Part shown: positions 49,401-58,655 of the stretch, piece after piece
How the letters are laid out: the number at the start of each line of letters is the position of its first letter
Position numbering within the stretch: the stretch's first letter is position 1
Assembly: GCA_029907515.1 (NCBI GenBank)
Contig: JARYLT010000006.1
Location: 62 to 64,061, forward strand
Direction of reading: 5' to 3'
Length of the DNA: 64,000 bases
Source of the DNA: Spirochaetota bacterium
Lineage (GTDB): Bacteria; Spirochaetota; UBA4802; UB4802
Program-made: the position numbers and the translations under genes
The notes under the pieces: generated by a model
Database searches by the model: none
What the model saw: the letters and a program-made list of their open reading frames with translations, nothing else
Told to the model about the DNA's origin: nothing

Positions 49401-52113
49401 CAATAATTCAGCAACAACTGGCACAATCCTTATTGATACCATCCGCTTTGTTACAATGCACTGGCAGGTGGATAGTATTGATGGCATAAGTGGTACTGAT
49501 ACTGATAAAGTAAAGCTTACCCTTATTGATTCATTTAATGATTCCGAATATGCACAGGAATCTTTTGCTCGTACTAAAAGTGATGTTTATACCAGTCTGT
49601 ATGGCGATAAAAGTAAAAAAGAACTCAGCCAGACTATGGAATCTGCCCTGAATGTAACATATAGTTCTATTACTTCAGCCACTATAAAAAGAAAATTTTA
49701 TAAACCAATGGATCTCAGGTTTTACCGTAATGTCCATTGCTGGATTAATATAAGAAATTATACCTCAGGTGATACACTTATATTCCGCTTGCATTCTTCT
49801 GATAATGATTATTTAGAATATTCATACAACCCCCAATTTATGCAAACCTGGGAAGATATTGTATTATCACTACAGTGTAACAATACAAATGCTCAATTCA
49901 TAAAAAAAGAAGGCAATCCTGATCTTAAACGCATAATAGCTATAACAGTCTCAGTGCAGAATACCATCACCAGTGGCCAATTCTGGCTTGATGATATCTA
50001 TGCCAGTGATCCCATGACACTTGAAGATACCGCTCACTGGTATGAAGGTACTATAAAAATTACCAAACCTGTTGCTCGCACCCAGGCAGGGACTCCAGTG
50101 CTATCTGATATTACTCTATCGTATTTAAAAAAACAGCATGGGAATAATTTTTATACGATAGGGCAACCATATAACGATATTTCTGAAGACTATAACCAGG
50201 CAACAGTAACCTGCCAGGTGCTTCCGTACTGGCACACATCACTTGATTTCATCCAGGAAGAATCACAAACTGATAGCCTTAATGAGCAGGTAACCGCAAC
50301 CAGAAGAGGAATAACCAGTATAAAACAATTCCATTTTGCCTCAACCCTCTCCCCTCCCGATACAGCAATTCCAAAGCTTGACGTATTATATAATTATGAA
50401 AACTTCACCAACAAGCAGGCATATTATCAGGATGTAAACTCGTTTGACAATGACACCAGCAAAATAACGCATCAGGCAACAGTTGGCATGCAGCAATCGT
50501 TACATGACGTATTGGGCGGGGATTTATCGTACAGGTTACTCCTTGACACTTCTTTTAAAGAAGATATATTCAAAGAAAACAGCCAATCAGTAGCTACAGG
50601 ATTAAACACACAAAAAAAACAGCGTGAATCCTGTTCAATAAATATCAACTATCAATGGACTCATTTTTTTATTTCACCTAACATACAACTTTTATCTGAA
50701 GAATTTACCACCTACTCAGGAACAGTAACTGACATAAATCCAGCATTATCACAGGAGATTGGTTCAGGATATCACATTCCTTTTTTATATGGTGATAGTA
50801 TACGATTTATTGAACGTCTGAAAAAAAGTTCACTTTCCTTTGGTCTAAAAAACTATAAGCTTATAAACCCTTCTATAACATACGAATTTTCATACTTTGA
50901 AAATCAATTTAAAGACCTGCAACCCTATGATACATGGATGACTTTTGGATTCAATCGTACCCGTTCTACCCAGGGATTTTTATCCAGTACAATTGCTATA
51001 CCCATAAATCTCCAAATTATATTTCCCAGCATAAAAAGTTGTTCATTCAACTATACTCGGGCAAGCACACTGAATGAGATTAATGTCCCCTATGAAGGCG
51101 AGTCCATAAACTTTTATGAAGAAAAATTTGGAGTAAGCCGTTATTTGAATCAATGTGCCAACCCCATCTATAACATTTTTCACTATCCACCATGGCATTT
51201 TTTTAAAGGGAGATCAAATTACGCTCAGGGGCGTGATTTTGTAAGCCATACGTTATCGTCTCAGCCAGAAGTTAATGGGGCACCATTCTCAGACTATAAT
51301 AACTATTTCAGGCTGTTAGATAATGCTTCATTCAGTATCAACTGGGAACTATCACCATTCGTTTTATTTGTAAACAGCAGCATACATTCAGTTTCTGACC
51401 GCAATGGCGTTAATACCGCTTCCCAGCAGGTTGTTAGCTATACTCTTGTTTCATCATTATCATGTGATTTAATGAAACTATTTTCCTTTGGTTTTTTCAG
51501 GCCAAACAAACCAGATCTTCCGTACCATTCAGCAACTGCATTACTGGAATATCAATGGAATAGATACCTTCGTATTACTTCCAATATACTGCAGGATGAG
51601 TATACACCCAGTATTGGGGCAACATTTAAATGGGACAGATCAAGCATTGCTGCAAAATTTGGTATAAGCTACCGTACCCAGAAATGGCATGAGTTTATCC
51701 CCCTTGATGATAATGAACGATCAGCAAAGGATGATATCTATTTTTATAATATGATGGTACAATCACCATTTACAAATATTGATAAAGGATACACATTTTC
51801 CACAATTTATGAAACAGATGTCCCGTTTATTTATGATTTCTTCAGCACATGGTATACATTAACAGCATTACCTATATTCAGATTAGAATATCTTATGACA
51901 CTCAACCGCTATAATTATACCTATTATACTTCACCCGAACCATATGACCTGTATAGTGTATCATCAAGCTTGACAATAAATGTTCATAAAAATGTACAGG
52001 GAACATGTATTGCACGCGGAATACTGGAACGCTACAGAAATAGGGAAACAAATGACATTAACCGTGAAATTATATCGTATGAACTTGGCTTCCAATTCAA
52101 CCTGTTATTTTAA
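46483..52113 (+). CDS. Giant (1876 aa) secreted protein, predicted outer-membrane beta-barrel with EF-hand-like Ca-binding loops (SprA-like?)
   Basis: It has a signal peptide. EF-hand-like loops include DLDEDTNNDGVLNID, DSDGDGILDTED and DLNDNGMLDTGE. The C-terminal third is rich in aromatic residues, and the C-terminus ...YELGFQFNLLF matches the OMP beta-signal, with a terminal Phe and hydrophobic residues at -3, -5, -7 and -9. Confidence 0.45.
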   Translation: MKSLSNIIVIGLVLLSATAIVISQQLSHSFRQRIDDYINTYKISEGKIQTQPSTQPTLETQAQSPFDYNQGDWTKYIIEPHYKFVVPGAEQLTEEEPYDILSYGSMNLNATYGKSFFTSNKYKRFDEDKPTSALIQSGFTPEQTMQLHIEGKAGKRLTLYIDHDSQQRTNTYSMQYKAVEEDEVLREINAGDITIKVNNSKYAVYDDTTSKGMGIDFTIKKGNLQVKAFGSVAKGVSEVERFKGNYSSTSITLQEYQYTKATYYQLEPFKRYDNLDSPPSNMYTTITWTSAPVNPSTFTPYSVGIDSSGFELYADDAITQNKSGLLELHRWDNPSIILGYFRKLQQGSDYTINFSTGTIALLKAFKPQAKLFAVYTRNGGTTQTSDPSAITNHPQFPGKICVFIRYGPLIHEDVNYNGSLDLDEDTNNDGVLNIDIYEIRGIYTTGLQNIRAEDVKISFFSNLFPMSRSDIQKLGNFIIDYNTGAIIFKLREPFKQLLPAQSQKIIYNEAQTPAYTVSQYKIGIAGYSQSRGFQLKHVNIIPDTIRVKINGIQIAESLYSVDPTSGFFQFTNPGNPVITPETDIEISYQYLPFEGQAQQFIGGMRADYALNKNINVGGTILYTTQGIASTVPLLGNEPTQTTVVEADSSVEVSPHDISAFASKIAQSNISIPVLFKGYAEYAKSYHSINTFGKGLIDDFESIYSGLTVSMSEKDWVLGSLPGSVSQNQRARIYYKFYRDINNPETLYGLNFTPIDVPYSKKPGPYNVATGHIAPSIQSEQSQRSLGLNFDFSSGDYISIVTRTLSQKPSDLSNLEYIEIWYKSTGGTGTVNMYLDIGSINEDSDGDGILDTEDSNRNGFLDYDTNRNISEDTGYTFDNPFTTVVGSGPGLSSTTIGDGVLNTEDLNDNGMLDTGEQYIRIPGLTNPIAVDCANTTWQKVRIYINKNNPALYTSSPDAFEDILKKIYAIRLILHNNSATTGTILIDTIRFVTMHWQVDSIDGISGTDTDKVKLTLIDSFNDSEYAQESFARTKSDVYTSLYGDKSKKELSQTMESALNVTYSSITSATIKRKFYKPMDLRFYRNVHCWINIRNYTSGDTLIFRLHSSDNDYLEYSYNPQFMQTWEDIVLSLQCNNTNAQFIKKEGNPDLKRIIAITVSVQNTITSGQFWLDDIYASDPMTLEDTAHWYEGTIKITKPVARTQAGTPVLSDITLSYLKKQHGNNFYTIGQPYNDISEDYNQATVTCQVLPYWHTSLDFIQEESQTDSLNEQVTATRRGITSIKQFHFASTLSPPDTAIPKLDVLYNYENFTNKQAYYQDVNSFDNDTSKITHQATVGMQQSLHDVLGGDLSYRLLLDTSFKEDIFKENSQSVATGLNTQKKQRESCSININYQWTHFFISPNIQLLSEEFTTYSGTVTDINPALSQEIGSGYHIPFLYGDSIRFIERLKKSSLSFGLKNYKLINPSITYEFSYFENQFKDLQPYDTWMTFGFNRTRSTQGFLSSTIAIPINLQIIFPSIKSCSFNYTRASTLNEINVPYEGESINFYEEKFGVSRYLNQCANPIYNIFHYPPWHFFKGRSNYAQGRDFVSHTLSSQPEVNGAPFSDYNNYFRLLDNASFSINWELSPFVLFVNSSIHSVSDRNGVNTASQQVVSYTLVSSLSCDLMKLFSFGFFRPNKPDLPYHSATALLEYQWNRYLRITSNILQDEYTPSIGATFKWDRSSIAAKFGISYRTQKWHEFIPLDDNERSAKDDIYFYNMMVQSPFTNIDKGYTFSTIYETDVPFIYDFFSTWYTLTALPIFRLEYLMTLNRYNYTYYTSPEPYDLYSVSSSLTINVHKNVQGTCIARGILERYRNRETNDINREIISYELGFQFNLLF

Positions 52114-52136
52114 TATAACCAGATCTTCATATATGA

Positions 52137-53243
52137 TTATAAGCGAAAGAAATGTTTAAGTATTTTTTTGAAGTTTTTAAATTTACTCTGTAACACAATT
52201 TTCAAGCTACTATCTCTTTGATTTTTTAATATCTGATTTGTTGTTATTTCTATTATCGCCCACAACTTATCCTGATCAGGGCAATGCACAAAATAATCAA
52301 TATGAACCTGAAATGCTCCCTTGTACTTGCGTCCGCCACCATCAGCAGTAATATTTTTTATAAGCTCATTCAAATCAAAATTTTCACTTCTTGTCCTCAA
52401 CGATGCATCAATATCCAATTTAGTGTGATTATTATGATACACTGCCCCATATACTACTACAAGCTCAACTGGATTATCTTGTAAAAGATAATCCGCAATT
52501 ATGGCGATAGTATCACGATATCTTTCTTCAACAAATCCAACCCCAGCAATAAGCCAATCTTTATAAACAATCGCATTATCCATTGCTTTCTGTAACAGGC
52601 TCAATGCCTGAGGAGTTAAAGGAGTACTTTCTATCTGTTCAATTACTGCCATATTGCAATATGGCTTTATATAGTCCAGTGCCATTGTGTCATATTCACC
52701 TACATGTTTAAAACCATCAGAATCTGTTTTAATGCCTACATAGAGTGCTGTTGCCAGACTGGAAACATCTTCTAATGATACCAACGATATATGCTGCATT
52801 AATAATGCACAGATTGTGCTTGTTGACGATACCTGATCAGTTAAAATGCGAAAACGTGCAGGAACATCATGTTCGGCTGGAAAATGGTGATCTAAATGGA
52901 TTATACAGGGGATTGTAGTAAAATTTTCTTCCAGAACAGCTGTCTGATAATCGCATACAATATACCCTGTGTAGTTATGTAGTTTAATTTCTTTTATATC
53001 TGCCAAAACGCGTAGTGGTATATTAAAAACTGATATAAATTCTTTATTTGAAGGCAGAGAAGCAGGCATAAATCCAAATATAGTAGCTTTAACATGTAAT
53101 ATTCCACATAGTTTCCAGAAAAAATATGACGAAGCTAGTGCATCCGGATCCGGAGAACCTTTTATAATAATTGCTATATTTTCCTGTTGCTGTAACAACG
53201 ATATAATGGATTTGGCTGATTCTTCAAAATTAATAGTAACCAT
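52137..53243 (-). CDS. DHH/DHHA1 phosphoesterase (NrnA-like nanoRNase/pAp phosphatase)
   Basis: DHH motifs I (GSPDPDALAS) and III (IIHLDHHF) are present. It is 368 aa. Confidence 0.7.
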   Translation of the reverse strand: MVTINFEESAKSIISLLQQQENIAIIIKGSPDPDALASSYFFWKLCGILHVKATIFGFMPASLPSNKEFISVFNIPLRVLADIKEIKLHNYTGYIVCDYQTAVLEENFTTIPCIIHLDHHFPAEHDVPARFRILTDQVSSTSTICALLMQHISLVSLEDVSSLATALYVGIKTDSDGFKHVGEYDTMALDYIKPYCNMAVIEQIESTPLTPQALSLLQKAMDNAIVYKDWLIAGVGFVEERYRDTIAIIADYLLQDNPVELVVVYGAVYHNNHTKLDIDASLRTRSENFDLNELIKNITADGGGRKYKGAFQVHIDYFVHCPDQDKLWAIIEITTNQILKNQRDSSLKIVLQSKFKNFKKILKHFFRL

Positions 53244-53283
53244 GATAACACTACTATAATTAGATATATTTTATTGGGAGTAA

Positions 53284-55440
53284 TCATTCTATTCGGAAGA
53301 TAATAATACTGATATCTTCCTTAACCGCTGTATTGCTTGTATATGTATCAATGTCTGAAGAAATACGCCTGATTATAAGAGCCGGGCTTTCACTGTTGTG
53401 GAGCCTTATGAGATCTTTAATTCTTCCAATGGAATACGGTTGCCCTGTCTGATTCACAGCACCGGTAATGCCATTAGAGTAAATACAACCAATACACGGT
53501 CCCTTGATAACATATTCCTTTGATTCATAAATAAAATCTTTTTCTATCCCAATGGGGATCCCTTTAGTATCTAACTCTATAAAACTATCATTTTGAATTT
53601 CATATATAATCAAGGGATTAAACGCTGCGTTAATATATTTCAGTGATAGTAATTCCGAATTAAATGTAAAACAAAATGAAGTGGCATACCTTTCAGTAAA
53701 TTTGGATGTACATACCACCCAGTTCAATAACTGCATAATTTTTTCCGGCGTGTCATATGTGGGAGATAAAGATTCAAATGCAGCATAAAGCTCCAATGCC
53801 AGTACTGCAGCATCCACTCCACTATAGGAGCAATCGGATATTAAAAAAGCCAGTGCATTTTTATGCAAAACCTTTGCATTGAAAAATTCCCCTCCTAAAT
53901 TTGAATTGTTCATAAAAAATGAGCTTATCCTTATGTGGTCAATATAGGGCATCTGCCGGGGGATAATTGAATTTTTTATAGCACTCACAACTAAATTATC
54001 ATGTTCACCAATCTGCTTTGACTTTACCTCTTCAATCTGAAGTGAATTAACAAGTGCACTGTTAAATTTTACTCTGTACAACTCCATAAATTCAATTTCA
54101 TTGAATGTATATGGCCTACCCTTTTTATGAGGTCCAATAAAAAGTATTCCTATGAGTTTGCCCGACTGGTCAAAGCATGGGAGTATAACTTCAATAGAAT
54201 TGTTTTTTACTAATGCCAGTACATCATCAAATGGCTTTATTATTTCATCAGTGTAAAATAATGATTGATGTATAGTTGTTTTTGCTATCTGGCATAATTG
54301 AACCAGTGAATCATCAGCAGATATCCTTTTTACCTGAGGCGGTTGTCCTATAGTATGACTTAAAATATATGCCTTTTCAGGTTCATTATACATTAAAAAT
54401 GAAGCAGATGTGACATTAAATAGGTATTCCAGTGAATCCATTGTGGTTGTAAAGAATCTATCCCAGTATGTGGGATCACCTTCAAATTCCTCAACCTGTG
54501 ACAATGCCTGGATAAATTCATTGAACCGCTTTTCTAATCCTGCATATTCCCTTTTAATCCATTTTTCTAAATATGGCTGTATAATTCGAGTAAAGAAAAT
54601 TAAATATACGAAATTTAAAAAGGCAACAGCAACTGCAGGTATCTGGCCTCCTGCCAAAAAATAACGGTAACTGTTAACAAGAATCCAGTATGTTGGAATT
54701 ACAGTGAATACCAGCACAACACCATAATAAACAATTTTAAGATAAAATTCTTTAAAGTTAAGATATCGCTCATCAGAGATAGCATAGTTATTAATATATA
54801 ATAACATCAAAGCTGCCAAGGATATTCCTAAACTATGATATTCAAAGCGTTTGAAAACATAGGGCATTATGATAAAAGATATGAGTATTATGAGTGCACC
54901 AATGTGATTTCCCATAAACACATAAAAAAGCTGGTACCGAAAAGAGGTATTCTCCAGGCGTCGTACTTTATAATACAAGGTGAGAAACGTTCCCATGATA
55001 TAAAAAATAAAAACAATCAGATACAGTACTATAAACTGACCATACACAAACTGAATATGGAGACCATCAAAAGAAGCAGAAAGAATGATACTATTGGTTG
55101 CTCCAGTATACAAAAAAGTAATCACTCCTGGAATTGCCGAAATTATAATAATGAACAGAGGGCTTTTCTTCTCCCAGCGTGGGAATATCTGCGTATAATG
55201 GAAGAAGGCCTGATTAATAATTATAATTAGGGCAAAGTACCAGCGGGTTAGCTCAGTTATCTCAATATTTGGAATAAAAAAAGGCACTAGCAGGCATGAA
55301 ATCATCCCTGCAGTAAGTAATGCTATAAACGAAAACCACCTGTTCACTGCATATGAAAACCGTTTCAGAACATTAACCAAAACTACATACAACGCATAAA
55401 ATATTGTAAGAAAACAACACAAGATAATTATATATTTCAA
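53284..55440 (-). CDS. Polytopic membrane sensor with C-terminal PP2C/SpoIIE-type phosphatase domain
   Basis: About 280 aa of TM helices are followed by a linker or GAF-like region and then PP2C motifs (ISDCSYSGVDAAV; DGITGAVNQTGQPYSIGRIKDLI; EDISIIIFRIE). Confidence 0.55.
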   Translation of the reverse strand: MKYIIILCCFLTIFYALYVVLVNVLKRFSYAVNRWFSFIALLTAGMISCLLVPFFIPNIEITELTRWYFALIIIINQAFFHYTQIFPRWEKKSPLFIIIISAIPGVITFLYTGATNSIILSASFDGLHIQFVYGQFIVLYLIVFIFYIMGTFLTLYYKVRRLENTSFRYQLFYVFMGNHIGALIILISFIIMPYVFKRFEYHSLGISLAALMLLYINNYAISDERYLNFKEFYLKIVYYGVVLVFTVIPTYWILVNSYRYFLAGGQIPAVAVAFLNFVYLIFFTRIIQPYLEKWIKREYAGLEKRFNEFIQALSQVEEFEGDPTYWDRFFTTTMDSLEYLFNVTSASFLMYNEPEKAYILSHTIGQPPQVKRISADDSLVQLCQIAKTTIHQSLFYTDEIIKPFDDVLALVKNNSIEVILPCFDQSGKLIGILFIGPHKKGRPYTFNEIEFMELYRVKFNSALVNSLQIEEVKSKQIGEHDNLVVSAIKNSIIPRQMPYIDHIRISSFFMNNSNLGGEFFNAKVLHKNALAFLISDCSYSGVDAAVLALELYAAFESLSPTYDTPEKIMQLLNWVVCTSKFTERYATSFCFTFNSELLSLKYINAAFNPLIIYEIQNDSFIELDTKGIPIGIEKDFIYESKEYVIKGPCIGCIYSNGITGAVNQTGQPYSIGRIKDLIRLHNSESPALIIRRISSDIDTYTSNTAVKEDISIIIFRIE

Positions 55441-55549
55441 AGCAAAACCTTCCGATATCTATGATTTAATATATATTTAAACTAACTCTGAATACTTCTA
55501 TAATAGATATCGATAAATTTCAAGCTAAATAATAAAACATCTGTAAGCT

Positions 55550-56095
55550 TTATTGATATGCAATGGTATTCATCAATTTTTGCTTTAACTTTTTATTAAC
55601 TGCCAAAAGCTTTCTTTTTATTACATGATATGAAACACCCTGCTCAGCAGCCAATTGGAAATATTTTTTGTTATAAAAATATTTATCAAATATCAGATTC
55701 TGCTCATCATGTTCAAGTTCATCAATAACATCATAGAGAGTGCTCACAATCATGCCATCAATAACAGTTTCACCAATATCCATGGTTTGCATATCAGTGA
55801 CAGTTTCTATATTTATCATGCTATCAGGATTACTATTGTTACAATACTTTTGCCGCGCTATCTCTTTCCTCATACGGGAAATGCATACATGCCTGGTGGC
55901 CTTTCTGATATAGTTTCTTGTTTTGTGCGAATGGGGATCACCACAAAAGCCAGCGCTGAGTAATTTCAAAAAAACATCATGAAATATATCTTCAATTTCG
56001 TCTTTATCTGAATAAAACCTTGCAATAATGCTTTTAACATAATTGCCATAAAGAACATAACATTGAGCAATACAATCAGAACTTTTGTTATCCAT
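55550..56095 (-). CDS. ECF-type RNA polymerase sigma factor
   Basis: Sigma-70 region 2 (DIFHDVFLKLL) and region 4 HTH (LAAEQGVSYHVIKRKLLAVNKKLK) are present. It is 181 aa. Confidence 0.7.
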   Translation of the reverse strand: MDNKSSDCIAQCYVLYGNYVKSIIARFYSDKDEIEDIFHDVFLKLLSAGFCGDPHSHKTRNYIRKATRHVCISRMRKEIARQKYCNNSNPDSMINIETVTDMQTMDIGETVIDGMIVSTLYDVIDELEHDEQNLIFDKYFYNKKYFQLAAEQGVSYHVIKRKLLAVNKKLKQKLMNTIAYQ

Positions 56096-56396
56096 ATGCC
56101 TCTCCCAAAATATTCCTTATTTTTTGTATTATTTTTATAACTCTTCTTTCCAAAAAACCAAATATCGTACATCCCTGCTTACAAAGGTTGCGGGAATGTT
56201 CACACCATTGTTCCAGAATTATTTAAATAAATAAATGATATTTTTTATACTTTCTTTAGCATTAATAGTGTTTTGTTTCTTCTCATTCTGTGATATATCT
56301 GAAATTGAGAAAATTTTTCTCTACCAGGAATTCACAACATAGAAATGCATTTCATAGTATATAGTATAATATCCCTATGTTATTTTTTAGTATTAA

Positions 56397-57140
56397 TTGC
56401 TTAAAATAATTGATATATTTATCTACTGGTATAGTTTACTACAAAGGGAGCAGTATATGCATAAGCCACCATTAACTATGCAAACCACAACGTTGTGGAA
56501 TTATCCTTCACAGCATTATGGGAATAAGCAACAGGGCGACCAGAACTACCCTGGAGCCACACCGTCATATATCATCTGGAATCTTCTCATGCGCTATACA
56601 AAAAAGGGGGATCTTGTTATTGATCCTATGTGTGGCAGTGGTACAACCATTGATGTTTGTAAAGATACAGGAAGAAAATGCTTGGGCTATGATATCCATC
56701 CCTACCGTACAGATATCATCAAAGCTGATGCTCGTGCATTGCCTCTTGAAAACAATAAGGCTGACTTTGTCTTCATTGACCCACCCTATGGTGATAACAT
56801 CACCTATTCTGATGAAAAGGATTGTATAGGCAAACTGAAAGCAACTGAAAAAGAGTATTTCACTGCTATGGAACAGGTTATACAAGAGATATACAGAATA
56901 TTAAAGCATGAGCGCTACATGGGCTTATACGTATGCGATTACTACAATAAAAAAGATGGATTTGTACCTATTGGATTCCATTTGTTTTCACTGTTGACAC
57001 ACTATTTCACACCCATTGATATTATAGCAGTAGTACGCCATAACAGGACACTACAGATGGGAAACTACCATAAAGCAGCCTTAGAGGGAAATTTTTTCTT
57101 ACGAGGATTTAATTATCTTTTTATCATGTATAAAAAATAA
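56397..57140 (+). CDS. Small SAM-dependent methyltransferase with DPPY motif (UPF0020/Trm11-RlmL-like or gamma-class N6A/N4C DNA MTase), orphan
   Basis: The SAM motif VIDPMCGSGTT is followed by the catalytic FIDPPYGDN. I found no THUMP domain and no adjacent nuclease. Confidence 0.55.
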   Translation: MLKIIDIFIYWYSLLQREQYMHKPPLTMQTTTLWNYPSQHYGNKQQGDQNYPGATPSYIIWNLLMRYTKKGDLVIDPMCGSGTTIDVCKDTGRKCLGYDIHPYRTDIIKADARALPLENNKADFVFIDPPYGDNITYSDEKDCIGKLKATEKEYFTAMEQVIQEIYRILKHERYMGLYVCDYYNKKDGFVPIGFHLFSLLTHYFTPIDIIAVVRHNRTLQMGNYHKAALEGNFFLRGFNYLFIMYKK

Positions 57141-57141
57141 A

Positions 57142-58650
57142 TCAGCCAATTAGCCTTGTTCTACCATTGATATCACATATGTGAAAACTTTCAGGAAGGG
57201 ATGCAGAAAACGAAAAGCCTTCATGCCACAATCCTTTTTCATCCCGATAATGCCATACATGGTCATGGCATGCTTTTTTGTAAAACTCATAATGTACGCG
57301 CACCTCATCATTAATTGCATCAGCAATTTTAAGCCTGTTAATAAAACGGCATAACTTCCACAGTGCTGCAATATCTTCCCTGCTAAAACCTTCACCAAAT
57401 GAATACAAAGCACTGCCTCTGCACAATCGCCTGTCATCAGGCACTCCCATACTTTCAAATAGTCGTACCCCTGGCAGCAGATAGAGTGGGGAAAATCCAA
57501 TCATCACAGGCAATGAAGCTAAAAAAAGAATATCATCGATACATGTTTTAACAGTAGCACCAGGCAACCCTGCAATGATATACACTATCACCCTGACTTT
57601 GCCTGCACTCTTCCAGGCAATATCTTTAATAATCTCCTGTAAAGCTGGACGATTGTGTTGCTTAACAACCTCTTCATATGATGAAACAAGCGAAAGATTG
57701 AATTCTAAAAATCCAGCATCCAGGGCATCATCAAGCACCGCATATAGATTGGGAGCTGTTATACCATTCATACATAAGAAATACATTCCTTTATTATGGT
57801 AGTATTTCATGAGCGATAGTAACTGTTGAGCAAACTTCCTGTTAAATAAAAAGTTATCATCCTCAAAATTGACTATTTTCACTCCGTGTGCATACAGGTA
57901 TTCAAGTTCTTGCTGTATGGAATCGATGGTGCGCTGATAGTAGCGATACCGAGAGTGAATTGAACAAAAATCGCAGTGATACACACAACCTTTACTACAA
58001 ATAATATTGGCTATCTGTTTACCATAATATGTATACCATGTTTCACGATGCGGAAATGTATGCATGAAAAATTCATTGACCGAAGAGTTGTCACTATCAA
58101 TGAGTTTAGGAAGATGTGAAATGTTCCCATTTGAAGAATATATTTCCTGGAGCAATATAGGCAACGTCAACTCGCCATCTCCACGAATATAAAAGTCAGC
58201 CCTGCCATTTACCAGAATGTTTGTATCAGCCCACACAGCCCAGCCTCCAACAATAACTATCGCCCCGGTTTCATTTTTAATTCTTTCTACAAGTACCTCC
58301 ACGTCATAATGATATGCTGAAAATAAAGAGGTAATACATACAACATCATATTCATTTTCTTTTATACATGTAACGATTGTATCATAGGAATATCCAAATC
58401 GTTTAAATCCATGGAAAAGGCTAAACCATGATGTATCTTTTACATACAGATGATGAAGGTAATTGAAAACTTCTGGTGTTGGAATTACTTTAGAAGTGCC
58501 TTTGTAGCGCGCATCAAAGATCGTAACAGTAAGCCAATCATAGTGTGCTAATGCTTCTTTCATGTATAAAAGACCCAATGGTTCTGAACGGTGAAAGCTA
58601 TAATAGAAATCAAATATAGGTGGTGATACCAACAGTACCTTGAGTGACAT
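57142..58650 (-). CDS. B12-binding-domain radical SAM protein (class B)
   Basis: An N-terminal Rossmann-like B12-binding region is followed by the CxxxCxxC motif CVYHCDFC. It is 502 aa. Confidence 0.75.
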   Translation of the reverse strand: MSLKVLLVSPPIFDFYYSFHRSEPLGLLYMKEALAHYDWLTVTIFDARYKGTSKVIPTPEVFNYLHHLYVKDTSWFSLFHGFKRFGYSYDTIVTCIKENEYDVVCITSLFSAYHYDVEVLVERIKNETGAIVIVGGWAVWADTNILVNGRADFYIRGDGELTLPILLQEIYSSNGNISHLPKLIDSDNSSVNEFFMHTFPHRETWYTYYGKQIANIICSKGCVYHCDFCSIHSRYRYYQRTIDSIQQELEYLYAHGVKIVNFEDDNFLFNRKFAQQLLSLMKYYHNKGMYFLCMNGITAPNLYAVLDDALDAGFLEFNLSLVSSYEEVVKQHNRPALQEIIKDIAWKSAGKVRVIVYIIAGLPGATVKTCIDDILFLASLPVMIGFSPLYLLPGVRLFESMGVPDDRRLCRGSALYSFGEGFSREDIAALWKLCRFINRLKIADAINDEVRVHYEFYKKACHDHVWHYRDEKGLWHEGFSFSASLPESFHICDINGRTRLIG

Positions 58651-58655
58651 ACTAT

